In this document: positions 1 through 8,083 of the stretch, piece after piece
Numbering within the stretch: position 1 is the stretch's first letter
Layout of the letters: the number at the start of each line of letters is the position of its first letter
DNA from: an uncultured Acidobacteriota bacterium
Lineage (GTDB): Bacteria; Acidobacteriota; Terriglobia; UBA7540
Direction of reading: 5' to 3'
Length of the DNA stretch: 64,000 nucleotides
Assembly: GCA_963804995.1 (NCBI GenBank)
Contig: CAWDSK010000006.1
Location: forward strand, 160,001-224,000
Notes under the pieces: model-generated
What the model was told of the DNA's origin: nothing
What the model saw: the letters and a program-made list of their open reading frames with translations, nothing else
The model's database searches: none
Position numbers and translations under genes: made by a program

Positions 1-34
1 GGGTGGGTTCGAATTCGTCCCGTTCCGGCGGTCA

Positions 35-1189
35 CTAGGTGCGAACGTCGCGGTGACGTTCCGCGACGATAGTCACCTGCATGTCGCGCGCGTGGCGAAC
101 GATGCGGTGGATTAGATTTCTCCCCAGGAAACCCTCCCAGGGCGAATACTGCGGGCGCACCATGAAGATCTGTGTGATGTCGTGAAGGCGAGCAAATCCG
201 AGGAGTGTAGTGGCGATGTCCACGCCTTGAAGCACTCGGGTTTCAATGTGAAGGTTTCGCGCGAAAGTGAGGTGCCGCTCCACGGCCTCTCGTTTCGGCA
301 CCGGCAAGCTACTGAAATCCATTTCGGAGTGAATGAACACCGCGAAGCACTCCGCCTGGAGATAATCGGCCACTCTGCGGCCGCGACGGATAAGCATGGC
401 GGTAGACGCGTCCTCCGTCACGTATACGAGGAGGCGATCGTTAAAAGGCCCAGGAGAACTGATTTCCGTGTCAGACGTCTCAGTCGGAGCCGCGGGGGTT
501 TCAAGGGTGGGATCGGGAAGCGCCACTTGGCGGATCTCGACCTCGTGGGCGGTTTGGCGCAAGGCGATTTCACGTAAAGCCACCAGGGTGGATTCCTTGA
601 AGAAGTTCTGCATCGCCCGCTGGGCTTTTTCCGGAGGATAGACGACGCCGCGCTCCAGCCGGTTGAGGAGCGCCCGCGGCGTGAGGTCGACCATGACCAC
701 TTCCTCCGCCTGCTTCATGACCCAATCCGGAATCGTCTCGCGAACTCGCACCCCGGTCATATTCCAGACCTGATCATTCAAGCTCTCGAGGTGCTGGATG
801 TTCATGGTGGTCATCACATCGATTCCAGCCTCCAGCAGTTCCAGGACGTTTTCCCAGCGCTTTACGTGACTGCAACCTGGCACGTTGGTGTGCGGCAGTT
901 CGTCCACGACACACACCTGGGGGTGCCGAGCGAGAATCGCCTGCGTGTTCATCTCCTCGAAGACAGACCCGCGATATTCTATTTTGCAACGTGGAATCAA
1001 CTCCAGCCCTTGAGCTTGCGCAATCGTATCGGTGCGCCCGTGGGGCTCGAGGTATCCGATCACTACGTCGACGCCCTTCTTCACCAGCTCATGAGCGTCG
1101 GTGAGCATCTGGTAGGTCTTTCCGACACCTGCGGCGTATCCCAGGTAAACCTTGAGCCGGCCGTGTTGTGGAGCACTCGTATCCATCAT
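35..1189 (-). CDS. kdpD: KdpD N-terminal sensor domain + USP domain; no transmembrane or histidine kinase domain (split KdpD, copy 1)
   Basis: GRLKVYLGYAAGVGKTYQML Walker A, VDELPHTN, TTMNIQHLESLND motifs; C-terminal USP; start trimmed to ATG 1189. Confidence 0.9.
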   Translation of the reverse strand: MMDTSAPQHGRLKVYLGYAAGVGKTYQMLTDAHELVKKGVDVVIGYLEPHGRTDTIAQAQGLELIPRCKIEYRGSVFEEMNTQAILARHPQVCVVDELPHTNVPGCSHVKRWENVLELLEAGIDVMTTMNIQHLESLNDQVWNMTGVRVRETIPDWVMKQAEEVVMVDLTPRALLNRLERGVVYPPEKAQRAMQNFFKESTLVALREIALRQTAHEVEIRQVALPDPTLETPAAPTETSDTEISSPGPFNDRLLVYVTEDASTAMLIRRGRRVADYLQAECFAVFIHSEMDFSSLPVPKREAVERHLTFARNLHIETRVLQGVDIATTLLGFARLHDITQIFMVRPQYSPWEGFLGRNLIHRIVRHARDMQVTIVAERHRDVRT

Positions 1190-1195
1190 GTGTTC

Positions 1196-1306
1196 GCGTA
1201 GGGAACAGGAGGTAGGGAACAGGGAATAGGGAACAGCGCCCATTCCCAACTCCAAATCCCAACGTCCGAATCCCTAAATCCCCACTCCTTACTTCCCAAT
1301 TCCCAG
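1196..1306. repeat. Heptamer short tandem repeats (AGGGAAC/TAGGGAA and complementary TTCCCAA-type units)
   Basis: tagggaacaggaggtagggaacagggaatagggaacag followed by cccaactccaaatcccaac...ttcccaattccc between the two kdpD genes. Confidence 0.6.
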
Positions 1307-1308
1307 CT

Positions 1309-2412
1309 TCAATGCGGAAACACCCGCACGTCGATCCCTTCCGCAGCGCGAATCAGCCGATCCAGGGGGCCACCCAGGAAGCGATCCCACCAATGTTCCC
1401 GGCTGGGGTGACCCAAGAATATCTGCGTAATCCTGTGGGTGCGGGCAAAATCCATCAGAGTTTCAACGGGGTCATCTCCGTCCAGGGCAGCGGTTTCCGC
1501 TCCCAGGAGCCGCGCACTTGCCAGGCGCTCTTCGAGGAGGGCTTCATCCTTCTCGCTTAACCGGTCATGGCGAACATAGACGGTGAAAAGTTCCCCGTGA
1601 AACCGGTCGACGTTGCGCCTTCCGCTGGCGATCATGGCTTGGGCATTGGAGGCGGGAGTGAGGCACACCAGGATGCGTTCCTGCGTCCCCCAAAGTTGCT
1701 CAATACCATGAGCAAGCAAATAACCCTCAAGCTGCTTATCCACCACCTCCGCGGCCAGAAGCAGGGCGATCTCGCGCAGCTCGGAGAGCCGCCGCGGGGC
1801 GTCCGCTGCAGACGGATCAGCCGTGGTCGGTTGCCCGGCGCGTTCCAGCAGAAGTTCGGGCGGGACATCGACGATAACGATCTCGTCGGCGGCATAGAGA
1901 AACCGCTCCGGGACCGTCTCCTTGACGCGTTTGCCGGTGATTCTCTCGACGTCTTCGCCGCGCTCTTCAATATGCTGGAGGTTGAGGGCGGTAATAACGA
2001 TGATTCCAGCCGCCAGCAGTTCTTCCACGTCCTGCCAACGCTTGGGGTTCTTGCTGCCAGGAGGATTGTCGTAAGCGACGCCGTCCACAAGACAAACCTG
2101 GGGGCGTCGGCGGAGGATGGCCTCCACATCCATCGCCTCTCCATCCCCGATTTTCTTGAGGGGAATGACTTCCAACGTCTCAACCAGTCGCTCGAGGTCG
2201 GGGGTCAAGTGCGGCTGGATGGCGCCAATCACTACATCTTGGCCTCGCGCGCGGCGCCGCCGGCCTTCATCCAGCATCCGAAATGATTTACCCACTCCTG
2301 AGGCATACCCCAGGAAGACCTTTAAGCGCTCATGCTGAAGTTGTTCGCCCTGCGCGTCCAATTGTTTGAGGAGTAGCTCAGGATCAGGTCGACGGTCGTA
2401 ATCGTTCTGCAT
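1309..2412 (-). CDS. kdpD: KdpD N-terminal sensor domain + USP domain, kinase-less (split KdpD, copy 2)
   Basis: RRPDPELLL, RLKVFLGYASGVGKSFRML, NPKRWQDVEELL, ERILVCLT USP entry. Confidence 0.9.
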   Translation of the reverse strand: MQNDYDRRPDPELLLKQLDAQGEQLQHERLKVFLGYASGVGKSFRMLDEGRRRRARGQDVVIGAIQPHLTPDLERLVETLEVIPLKKIGDGEAMDVEAILRRRPQVCLVDGVAYDNPPGSKNPKRWQDVEELLAAGIIVITALNLQHIEERGEDVERITGKRVKETVPERFLYAADEIVIVDVPPELLLERAGQPTTADPSAADAPRRLSELREIALLLAAEVVDKQLEGYLLAHGIEQLWGTQERILVCLTPASNAQAMIASGRRNVDRFHGELFTVYVRHDRLSEKDEALLEERLASARLLGAETAALDGDDPVETLMDFARTHRITQIFLGHPSREHWWDRFLGGPLDRLIRAAEGIDVRVFPH

Positions 2413-2625
2413 AGGCGCGAATGCCTCTCAGAAGAAGTGTACTATTGAGGCCAATTGCTAACAAGGTCTGTGCGAGTTTACTTGCGGGTCAGTGTCTCCA
2501 GTTTTCGGACAGGCGTATTGCATTCCTCCTCTTGCGCAGCAGGTAACAAACGCGGACTGGAAAGCTTAGCACGGCAGAATCGCATGTGAAAAGTCATAGG
2601 AAAATAACGCATGAAGGTGGGGAAG

Positions 2626-2676
2626 TAAGTGGGACCTCGCTCGCTATGCCCCGCGGAGAGCAACATGTGGGACAAG
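2626..2676 (-). repeat. 51-nt dispersed motif GTCCCAC-hairpin-GTCCCAC, copy 1 (copy 2 at 52901-52951)
   Basis: taagtgggacctcgctcgcta...gtgggacaag, same length and flanks at both sites. Confidence 0.75.
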
Positions 2677-2717
2677 TTCCACCATGACAAAAAGTCGCGG
2701 GCCTGCAAGAATAGCGA

Positions 2718-2781
2718 CGGGAGATCGCAGACCCCAAAAGACGGGGGTCTGCGCCAGCCCCGATGATGGGGTGTGGCTACC
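2718..2781 (+). repeat. REP-A element (CGCAGACCCC-loop-GGGGTCTGCG) ending in GTGGCTACC
   Basis: Hairpin 2726-2753; near-identical to copies flanking the RAYT gene. Confidence 0.85.
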
Positions 2782-3202
2782 TGTTGCCCTTTTGCCTTCT
2801 GCGCATTTCCGCAAACTGTTTTTCTTCCAACTGGCCGGCGGGACATTGTGGGTCGTGGATAAACTTGCCCATGATGCTTCCTTCTTCCAGGCAGACGGTG
2901 CATTCCATGCGGTAGCTCTCCCCGCCGTCGTCTGCGGGCAGCATGCGGTAAGGGTTTTCCAGCCTGAACTGGCGCATCTTTCTAATCTCACGCCAAGTAC
3001 CGAGGCGGCTCCAGGCTTTGACTTTACGATTACGATACGCTCCGCCCGTCCATATTCGGTGCAACCAGAATAATGGCGCGAGAGGGATCGCGACCAGGAA
3101 CGTAGGTATGAAAGCCAGCCGCCCCCAGCTTTGGCCTTTGCTGCGAGCCCTATCGGCAATCGCCGTGAGGGCTAACCAAGTTCGCTTTTTGGCGTCCATC
3201 AT
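2777..3202 (-). CDS. Hypothetical 141-aa protein, one hydrophobic segment and a CxxC...H...C motif; REP-bounded cassette gene
   Basis: GAGGT SD upstream; TAG stop lies inside GGTAGCCAC of a REP end. Confidence 0.6.
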   Translation of the reverse strand: MMDAKKRTWLALTAIADRARSKGQSWGRLAFIPTFLVAIPLAPLFWLHRIWTGGAYRNRKVKAWSRLGTWREIRKMRQFRLENPYRMLPADDGGESYRMECTVCLEEGSIMGKFIHDPQCPAGQLEEKQFAEMRRRQKGNR

Positions 3203-3234
3203 GAATCCGGATACCTCACCACGGAGCGGATGTC

Positions 3235-3386
3235 GGTAGCCACGGTCAGCGCTGTTCTGACGGTGGGTTCTTTCGTAGAAACCGGAGGCCTAACCGTCAG
3301 GAAGAGTTGAACCCGGCACCTGTCGGCCGCTGGGGTATCGGGCATGAGAAAAGCCCACGGTCAGAACGGCACTGACCGTGGCTACC
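3235..3386. repeat. REP-B doublet (REPIN-like): two inverted GTAG-type REPs
   Basis: GGTAGCCACGGTCAGCGCTGTTCTGACGGTGGG (3235-3267) and CCCACGGTCAGAACGGCACTGACCGTGGCTACC (3354-3386). Confidence 0.85.
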
Positions 3387-3681
3387 CCCCCGTCTCTTCT
3401 TGCTCAATCGTGACGCTGCGACCGTCCGGAAAGTGAATCCAGACACACAGAATATGAAGAACGGGTATGCGCGCATGCACGCCATTGCGGAAAAAGTATT
3501 CGGTGCATCCGGTCACCACTTTGACTGCTCCCCCGTCAAACCAATGGTCGAATTCGCCTGGGAGATCTCCGGGCAGTGGTCGGTTACGCAAATTGCGCGC
3601 GCCATGAATCATTTCGAGCACCTCGGCAACTTCATGCTCATCGACGCGCCGCCGGAATAGCTCCGTGGGGTCCTGAGTCAT
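3382..3681 (-). CDS. Hypothetical 99-aa protein; REP-bounded cassette gene
   Basis: GGAGGAG SD upstream; TAG stop inside GGTAGCCAC of REP-B. Confidence 0.65.
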   Translation of the reverse strand: MTQDPTELFRRRVDEHEVAEVLEMIHGARNLRNRPLPGDLPGEFDHWFDGGAVKVVTGCTEYFFRNGVHARIPVLHILCVWIHFPDGRSVTIEQEETGG

Positions 3682-3737
3682 AGATCATTCTCCTCCATTA
3701 CCCTTGCTTTCATAGGAGGTAGCCACGCTGGCTGGCG

Positions 3738-5650
3738 GTTGCGGTAGGGATACCGGTTACCCGGTACCCCCCGCACGGATCCGTACGTGCGCTGGTTAGC
3801 GCATACGGCTCTTATCTCGGATGTGTGGCGGCGAACCGTTGGGATGGCCAAGGATGCACAACGTGCGGAGCAGGCAACCAGCAGGCCGCAAGCTTCCCCA
3901 GTCGGTCCCAGTTGAGGCGGTGGCGTTGACTGCGTTGACGCAGTTGTGTTCGCCACAGTCGGGTCAACCGTTCCCGAAAGATTCGCAGGCGGTCGAGGTT
4001 TCCCGGTACCGCGTGATAGTTGAAGTAGCCTTGCACGACCGACCGGAGCCATTTACCCGTATCCGCGATGGGATCGTGCCGACGCTGCCGGAGTTGTTGC
4101 TTGAGTTCCTGCAACTTCCCCCGCAGGCGCTTGCTGATCGTCTTCCGCTTCACGGTAAATTGCCCCCTCCGGTTCTTCCCGCTGATATGCGTGAAGCCCA
4201 GAAAGTCGAACGTCTCCGGCTTACCTTCTCCTCTCCGTTTCCGGTAAAGTTCGGCAAACGGCCCGAACTCGATCCGGCGCGTTTTGTCAGGATGCAGTTC
4301 CAATCCAAACTTCCCCACCCGCTCCCGGAAATCCTCCAGAAAGCGGTCGGCTTCCGTCTGCGATTGGAATCCAAGGACCGTATCGTCGGCATACCGCACC
4401 ACGACCACGTCTCCCCGGGCGTGCTTCTTGCGCCACGCCTGCACCCACAGGTCAAAGACGTAGTGCAGATAGATATTCGCCAGCAGGGGCGAGACCACCG
4501 CCCCTTGTGGCGTACCCATCTCCGTCTCCGACCATTCGCCTTCCTCCCTCACCCCGGCTTTCAGCCATTTCTGGATGAGCCGGAGAATCCGGGGGTCGGC
4601 GACGCGATGCTGCACGAACTTGAGCATCCATTCGTGGGATATCGAATCGAAAAATCCACGAATGTCCGCGTCAAGAACGTAGTTCACGTGCTTCACCGTG
4701 AGCGCGTACGAGAGCGCGTCCAGCGCTTGATGCTGGCTGCATCCCGGTCGAAAGCCATACGAGAAGCCCAGAAAGTCTTCCTCGTAAATCGCATTGAGGA
4801 TGGTGACCACGGCCTGTTGGACGATCTTGTCCTCCAGTGCCGCAACCCCCAACGGACGTTGCCGCCCGTCGCCTTTCGGGATATACGCCCTTCGCGAGGG
4901 CTTCGCTCGGAATGCTCCGCGGTGGACCCGGCTGTGCAGATCGACGAGTCGACCTTCCAGCCCGCTTTCATACTCCTGCCACGTCATGCCGTCTACTCCC
5001 GGTGCAGCTTTTCGCTTCAAGGCGTAAAAGCTTTCCCGCAGCAGATCGACCGTTAAGTGGTGGAGCAAGGCCGTGAACTTCATCTCCCTGTGTTCCTTCG
5101 CGGCTTTCCGCACACCCGCGAGTCCCTGGGACACGCGTGCCCCGCTCTGTGTCGGGTGCGTGTTAGGCCAACGGGTGTTCTCCTTGATCAGCGGCCTTCC
5201 CTCCTCATTCTCCGCCAACGGCTTCCCGTCTTTGTTCAAATGATTCATCGGTACTGTTCCGCTGTCCGACTCCTCGAAAGCGTGCAGGCGGGCTGTACGG
5301 CCATCGCCTTTTCCCGCCGTCCGGCCACGATCTACGGCGGCCGGCGCCTCCGAGGTCTCCCGGTTCTCGTGCAGAAAGTGTCTAGGCGTGTCTGGGGTCT
5401 ACGACTACGCAGGACTGTGCCGGAACTCGCGTTGGCGTCCCGGCCTCATGTTGCCTTCCGTTTAGTCTGAAAACGTCGGCGTCCTGATTGGACATTTTCG
5501 AAGCTCAATACCCAGCCCACCTATTCCCCTGTTTACGCTTCACCGTGCGCCTCACGACGCCCAGCGCAAAACTCGGGGCCGAGTGGATCGCTGCTCCTTC
5601 CTCGTGAGAAATTTTCATTCTCTGCTTTCTGCCGGTTTATCCCGGCGCAC
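3738..5650 (-). mobile_element. Group II intron (1913 nt) inserted in a REP-A arm
   Basis: 5' GTGCG at 5650; 34-nt domain V GAGCCGTATGCG...CGTACGGATC at 3811-3778; domain VI ending CTACCGCAAC at 3738; joined exons rebuild an intact REP. Confidence 0.93.
3812..5248 (-). CDS. ltrA: Group II intron reverse transcriptase/maturase without endonuclease domain (probably bacterial class E)
   Basis: AAPGVDG, IPKGDGRQRPLG, GTPQGAVVSPLLANIYL, YADD, FDFLGF, X domain; stop abuts domain V. Confidence 0.95.
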   Translation of the reverse strand: MNHLNKDGKPLAENEEGRPLIKENTRWPNTHPTQSGARVSQGLAGVRKAAKEHREMKFTALLHHLTVDLLRESFYALKRKAAPGVDGMTWQEYESGLEGRLVDLHSRVHRGAFRAKPSRRAYIPKGDGRQRPLGVAALEDKIVQQAVVTILNAIYEEDFLGFSYGFRPGCSQHQALDALSYALTVKHVNYVLDADIRGFFDSISHEWMLKFVQHRVADPRILRLIQKWLKAGVREEGEWSETEMGTPQGAVVSPLLANIYLHYVFDLWVQAWRKKHARGDVVVVRYADDTVLGFQSQTEADRFLEDFRERVGKFGLELHPDKTRRIEFGPFAELYRKRRGEGKPETFDFLGFTHISGKNRRGQFTVKRKTISKRLRGKLQELKQQLRQRRHDPIADTGKWLRSVVQGYFNYHAVPGNLDRLRIFRERLTRLWRTQLRQRSQRHRLNWDRLGKLAACWLPAPHVVHPWPSQRFAATHPR

Positions 5651-5695
5651 CAGACCCCCGCCTTTTGGGGTCTGCGTTCTCCCGCAGGGATTCTC
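5651..5695 (-). repeat. REP-A left of RAYT (5' exon of intron; remainder at 3718-3737)
   Basis: Reverse complement gagaatccctgcgggagaacgcagaccccaaaaggcgggggtctg matches 6025-6069. Confidence 0.85.
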
Positions 5696-5734
5696 CTCGG
5701 TCTCGGGATTACCTTAGAGTATACTCCCCGCGCC

Positions 5735-6010
5735 ATGCCTCTCTACAAGCGTACCTGGTGCCGAAAGATGCTCACGCGTCTGCAGTTGCCTCCCAGCGTC
5801 CATGATGAATCACACTATCGGCTCTGGCAGCGCCGGTTCTACCCTTTCAGTGTTTTTACTGAAAAGAAACGCCAGGAAAAATTGAAGTACATGCACAACA
5901 ATCCCGTGAAGCGCGGGCTGGTCAGTTCCCCGGAAAATTGGCCGTGGTCGAGCTGGAGATTTTACTTCTTGCAGGATACGTCGATCCTCAGGATGGACAG
6001 GTTGGGTTGA
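5735..6010 (+). pseudogene. REP-associated tyrosine transposase (RAYT, IS200-like Y1), internally deleted; HUH region absent
   Basis: LWQRRFY...EKLKYMHNNPVKRGLV..PENWPWSS C-terminal RAYT signature, only 91 aa, no H-hydrophobic-H motif; flanked by inverted REPs. Confidence 0.85.
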
Positions 6011-6024
6011 GCCCTGAGTTCTAT

Positions 6025-6078
6025 GAAATCCCTTGCGGGAGATCGCAGACCCCAAAGGGCAGGGGTCTGCGCCAGCCA
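6025..6078 (+). repeat. REP-A right of RAYT
   Basis: gaaatcccttgcgggagatcgcagaccccaaagggcaggggtctgcgccagcca. Confidence 0.85.
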
Positions 6079-6083
6079 CTCGC

Positions 6084-7505
6084 TTAAAGCAATACCGCGG
6101 CTGCAAAGGTCCGGCCGGCGTTCATCAAAAAGTGCTCGACGATGGGGCCCACGGCGAAGGCGGGCAGGAAGGTCAGCGCGGCCACAATGATGATGGTGCC
6201 GACCAGGAGCAGTGAAAACTGTAGATCGTGGGTCGGCATCGTCCCACTGGTTACGGGCGTCTTGGGCTTGAGGGCCAGGCTGCCGGCGATGGCCAGCACC
6301 GGGATGATGATCAAGAACCGCCCGGCCAGCATCGCCAATCCCAGCGTGAGGTTGTACCAGGGAGTATTGGCATTGAGCCCGGCAAAGGAACTTCCGTTGT
6401 TCCCCGTGGCGCTCGCATAGGCATATAAGATTTCGCTGAATCCGTGGGGACCGCGGTTGGCAAGGTTGGCGGTGGGCGCTCCGGGTGGGTTCAGGTAGGA
6501 GGCAGGGCGAAATCCCATCAGGGTGCTCGCAGCCGCCATGAGCAGGATACAGGCGGAGCAGGCGATCATGGCCAGCATCACCATCTTCATCTCCCGCGCC
6601 ATGATTTTCTTTCCCAGGTATTCAGGGGTTCGGCCCACCATCAGCCCACCCACAAATACGGCCACCAGGGTGATGAGCAGCATTCCGTACAAACCCGACC
6701 CCGGCCCGCCGAAGATCACCTCACCACACTTCATGTTGAACATCTGAACCAGCCCGCTGAGCGGCGTGTAGCTGTCGTGCATGCTGTTGACCGCTCCCGA
6801 ACTCGTGGCGGTACTCACCACGGAAAAGAGGGCTGAACCCGCAATCCCAAAGCGCACTTCCTTGCCTTCAAAATTGCCGCCGGGATTCGTGGCGCTCGCG
6901 GATGGGTCCACACCCTGCTGCCCCAGGAGCGGATTGCCACGTTGCTCCATCGAGTAGGCAATTATGCTTCCGGCCGCCAGCAGGCTGAACATTACGAAAA
7001 ACAGCGCCCAGCCCTGACGGCGGTCGCGCACCATTCGGCCGAACGTGTGAGTCAGCCCGGCGGGAATCGCCAGGATCAGGAGCATCTCCAAAAAGTTCGT
7101 AAAGGGAGTGGGATTCTCAAAGGGGTGGGCGGAACTGGCATTGAAGAACCCCCCTCCATCGGAACTGAGGAGCTTGATCGACTCCTGGGAAGCGACCGGG
7201 CCCCCCGGAATCATCTGCGCACCGCCCTCCAGCGTTTCGAAAGTCTGCCAGCGTTGCAGAATGTAGAAGAGGAGGAAATTCCAGAGGCCAAAGGCCAGGC
7301 ACGCGGCGGCATACTGGGTCCAGCGCTGCTCTCTTTCTCTTATGCCCGCCAGCTTGTATATAAGATTTTCGAGGGGCAATAATAAGGGCGAGAGCCAAGT
7401 GCGCCGGCCTTCAAAAACCCGCGCCATGTAAGCGCCCAGGGGCTTGGTGATGACCAGTAGCAACAGGAAGAAGAAGAGCAACTGTGCCAGGCCAATCTGA
7501 TTCAT
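6084..7505 (-). CDS. kdpA: Second KdpA paralog with in-frame loss of about 125-130 aa including the first filter loop (possible pseudogene)
   Basis: Collinear with 13547-15361 but jumps from LQRWQ to TLEGG; TNTNWQ missing; [30 protein letters not shown] present; GAGGTG SD. Confidence 0.85.
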   Translation of the reverse strand: MNQIGLAQLLFFFLLLLVITKPLGAYMARVFEGRRTWLSPLLLPLENLIYKLAGIREREQRWTQYAAACLAFGLWNFLLFYILQRWQTFETLEGGAQMIPGGPVASQESIKLLSSDGGGFFNASSAHPFENPTPFTNFLEMLLILAIPAGLTHTFGRMVRDRRQGWALFFVMFSLLAAGSIIAYSMEQRGNPLLGQQGVDPSASATNPGGNFEGKEVRFGIAGSALFSVVSTATSSGAVNSMHDSYTPLSGLVQMFNMKCGEVIFGGPGSGLYGMLLITLVAVFVGGLMVGRTPEYLGKKIMAREMKMVMLAMIACSACILLMAAASTLMGFRPASYLNPPGAPTANLANRGPHGFSEILYAYASATGNNGSSFAGLNANTPWYNLTLGLAMLAGRFLIIIPVLAIAGSLALKPKTPVTSGTMPTHDLQFSLLLVGTIIIVAALTFLPAFAVGPIVEHFLMNAGRTFAAAVLL

Positions 7506-7603
7506 GGCGGGTTGTCTCACCTCAAGGCTTGCTAAAGAGAACGAAAAATTGGGCCTGCCGCTAGCACAAATTCTTCGTGACAGGTTTGGAAGGGCAGGGC
7601 TAA

Positions 7604-8073
7604 ACAGGTTGCGGAAAAAGCCGTTGGAGCTGCCATTATCAACACCACCCCTTCATCTCCTGCTCAGCACCAACCCTTTATCTTGTCAGCACCACCCCGG
7701 CGCTCGGCGCGCCACCCCTCCTGATTTAGGAGGGGTGGCGCCGGAGGTGACGGGGTGGTTATTCGAATCCGCCGGGCGGCGTGAGGCAACCATCAGCACC
7801 ACCCCGGCGCTCGGCGCGCCACCCCTCCTCATCTGAGGAGGGGAGTGTTTTTCAGAACTCCCCTCCTGATTTAGGAGGGGTGGCGCCGGAGGTGACGGGG
7901 TGGTTATTCGATCCGCCGGGCGGCGTGAGGCAACCATCAGCACCACCCCGGCGCTCGGCGCGCCACCCCTCCTCATCTGAGGAGGGGAGTTCTGGAACAA
8001 CTTCCCTCCTGATTTCCGTGGCGCCTTGGGTGACGGGGTGGTTATTCGCATTGCGGTGTTTTCAGCAGCCTGT
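7604..8073. mobile_element. MITE-like unit: 15-bp terminal inverted repeats enclosing a ~145-bp-period REP array
   Basis: ACAGGTTGCGGAAAA (7604) versus reverse complement ACAGGCTGCTGAAAA (8073), 13/15; internal CCCCTCCT-N-AGGAGGGG palindromes. Confidence 0.65.
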
Positions 8074-8083
8074 AGAGTCCCGC

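Noticed and set aside
3235..3386. Integron attC site
   Set aside because: No RYYYAAC/GTTRRRY box arrangement and no IntI; ends are GTAG-type REPs
3738..5650. Class C (terminator-targeting) intron
   Set aside because: Domain V is 34 nt with AGC triad and the insertion is within the REP stem arm, not after a terminator
7680..8045. CRISPR array, or ORFs 7686-8051 and 7781-8257
   Set aside because: Whole ~145-bp units repeat, so there are no unique spacers and no cas genes; the ORFs are translations of palindromes
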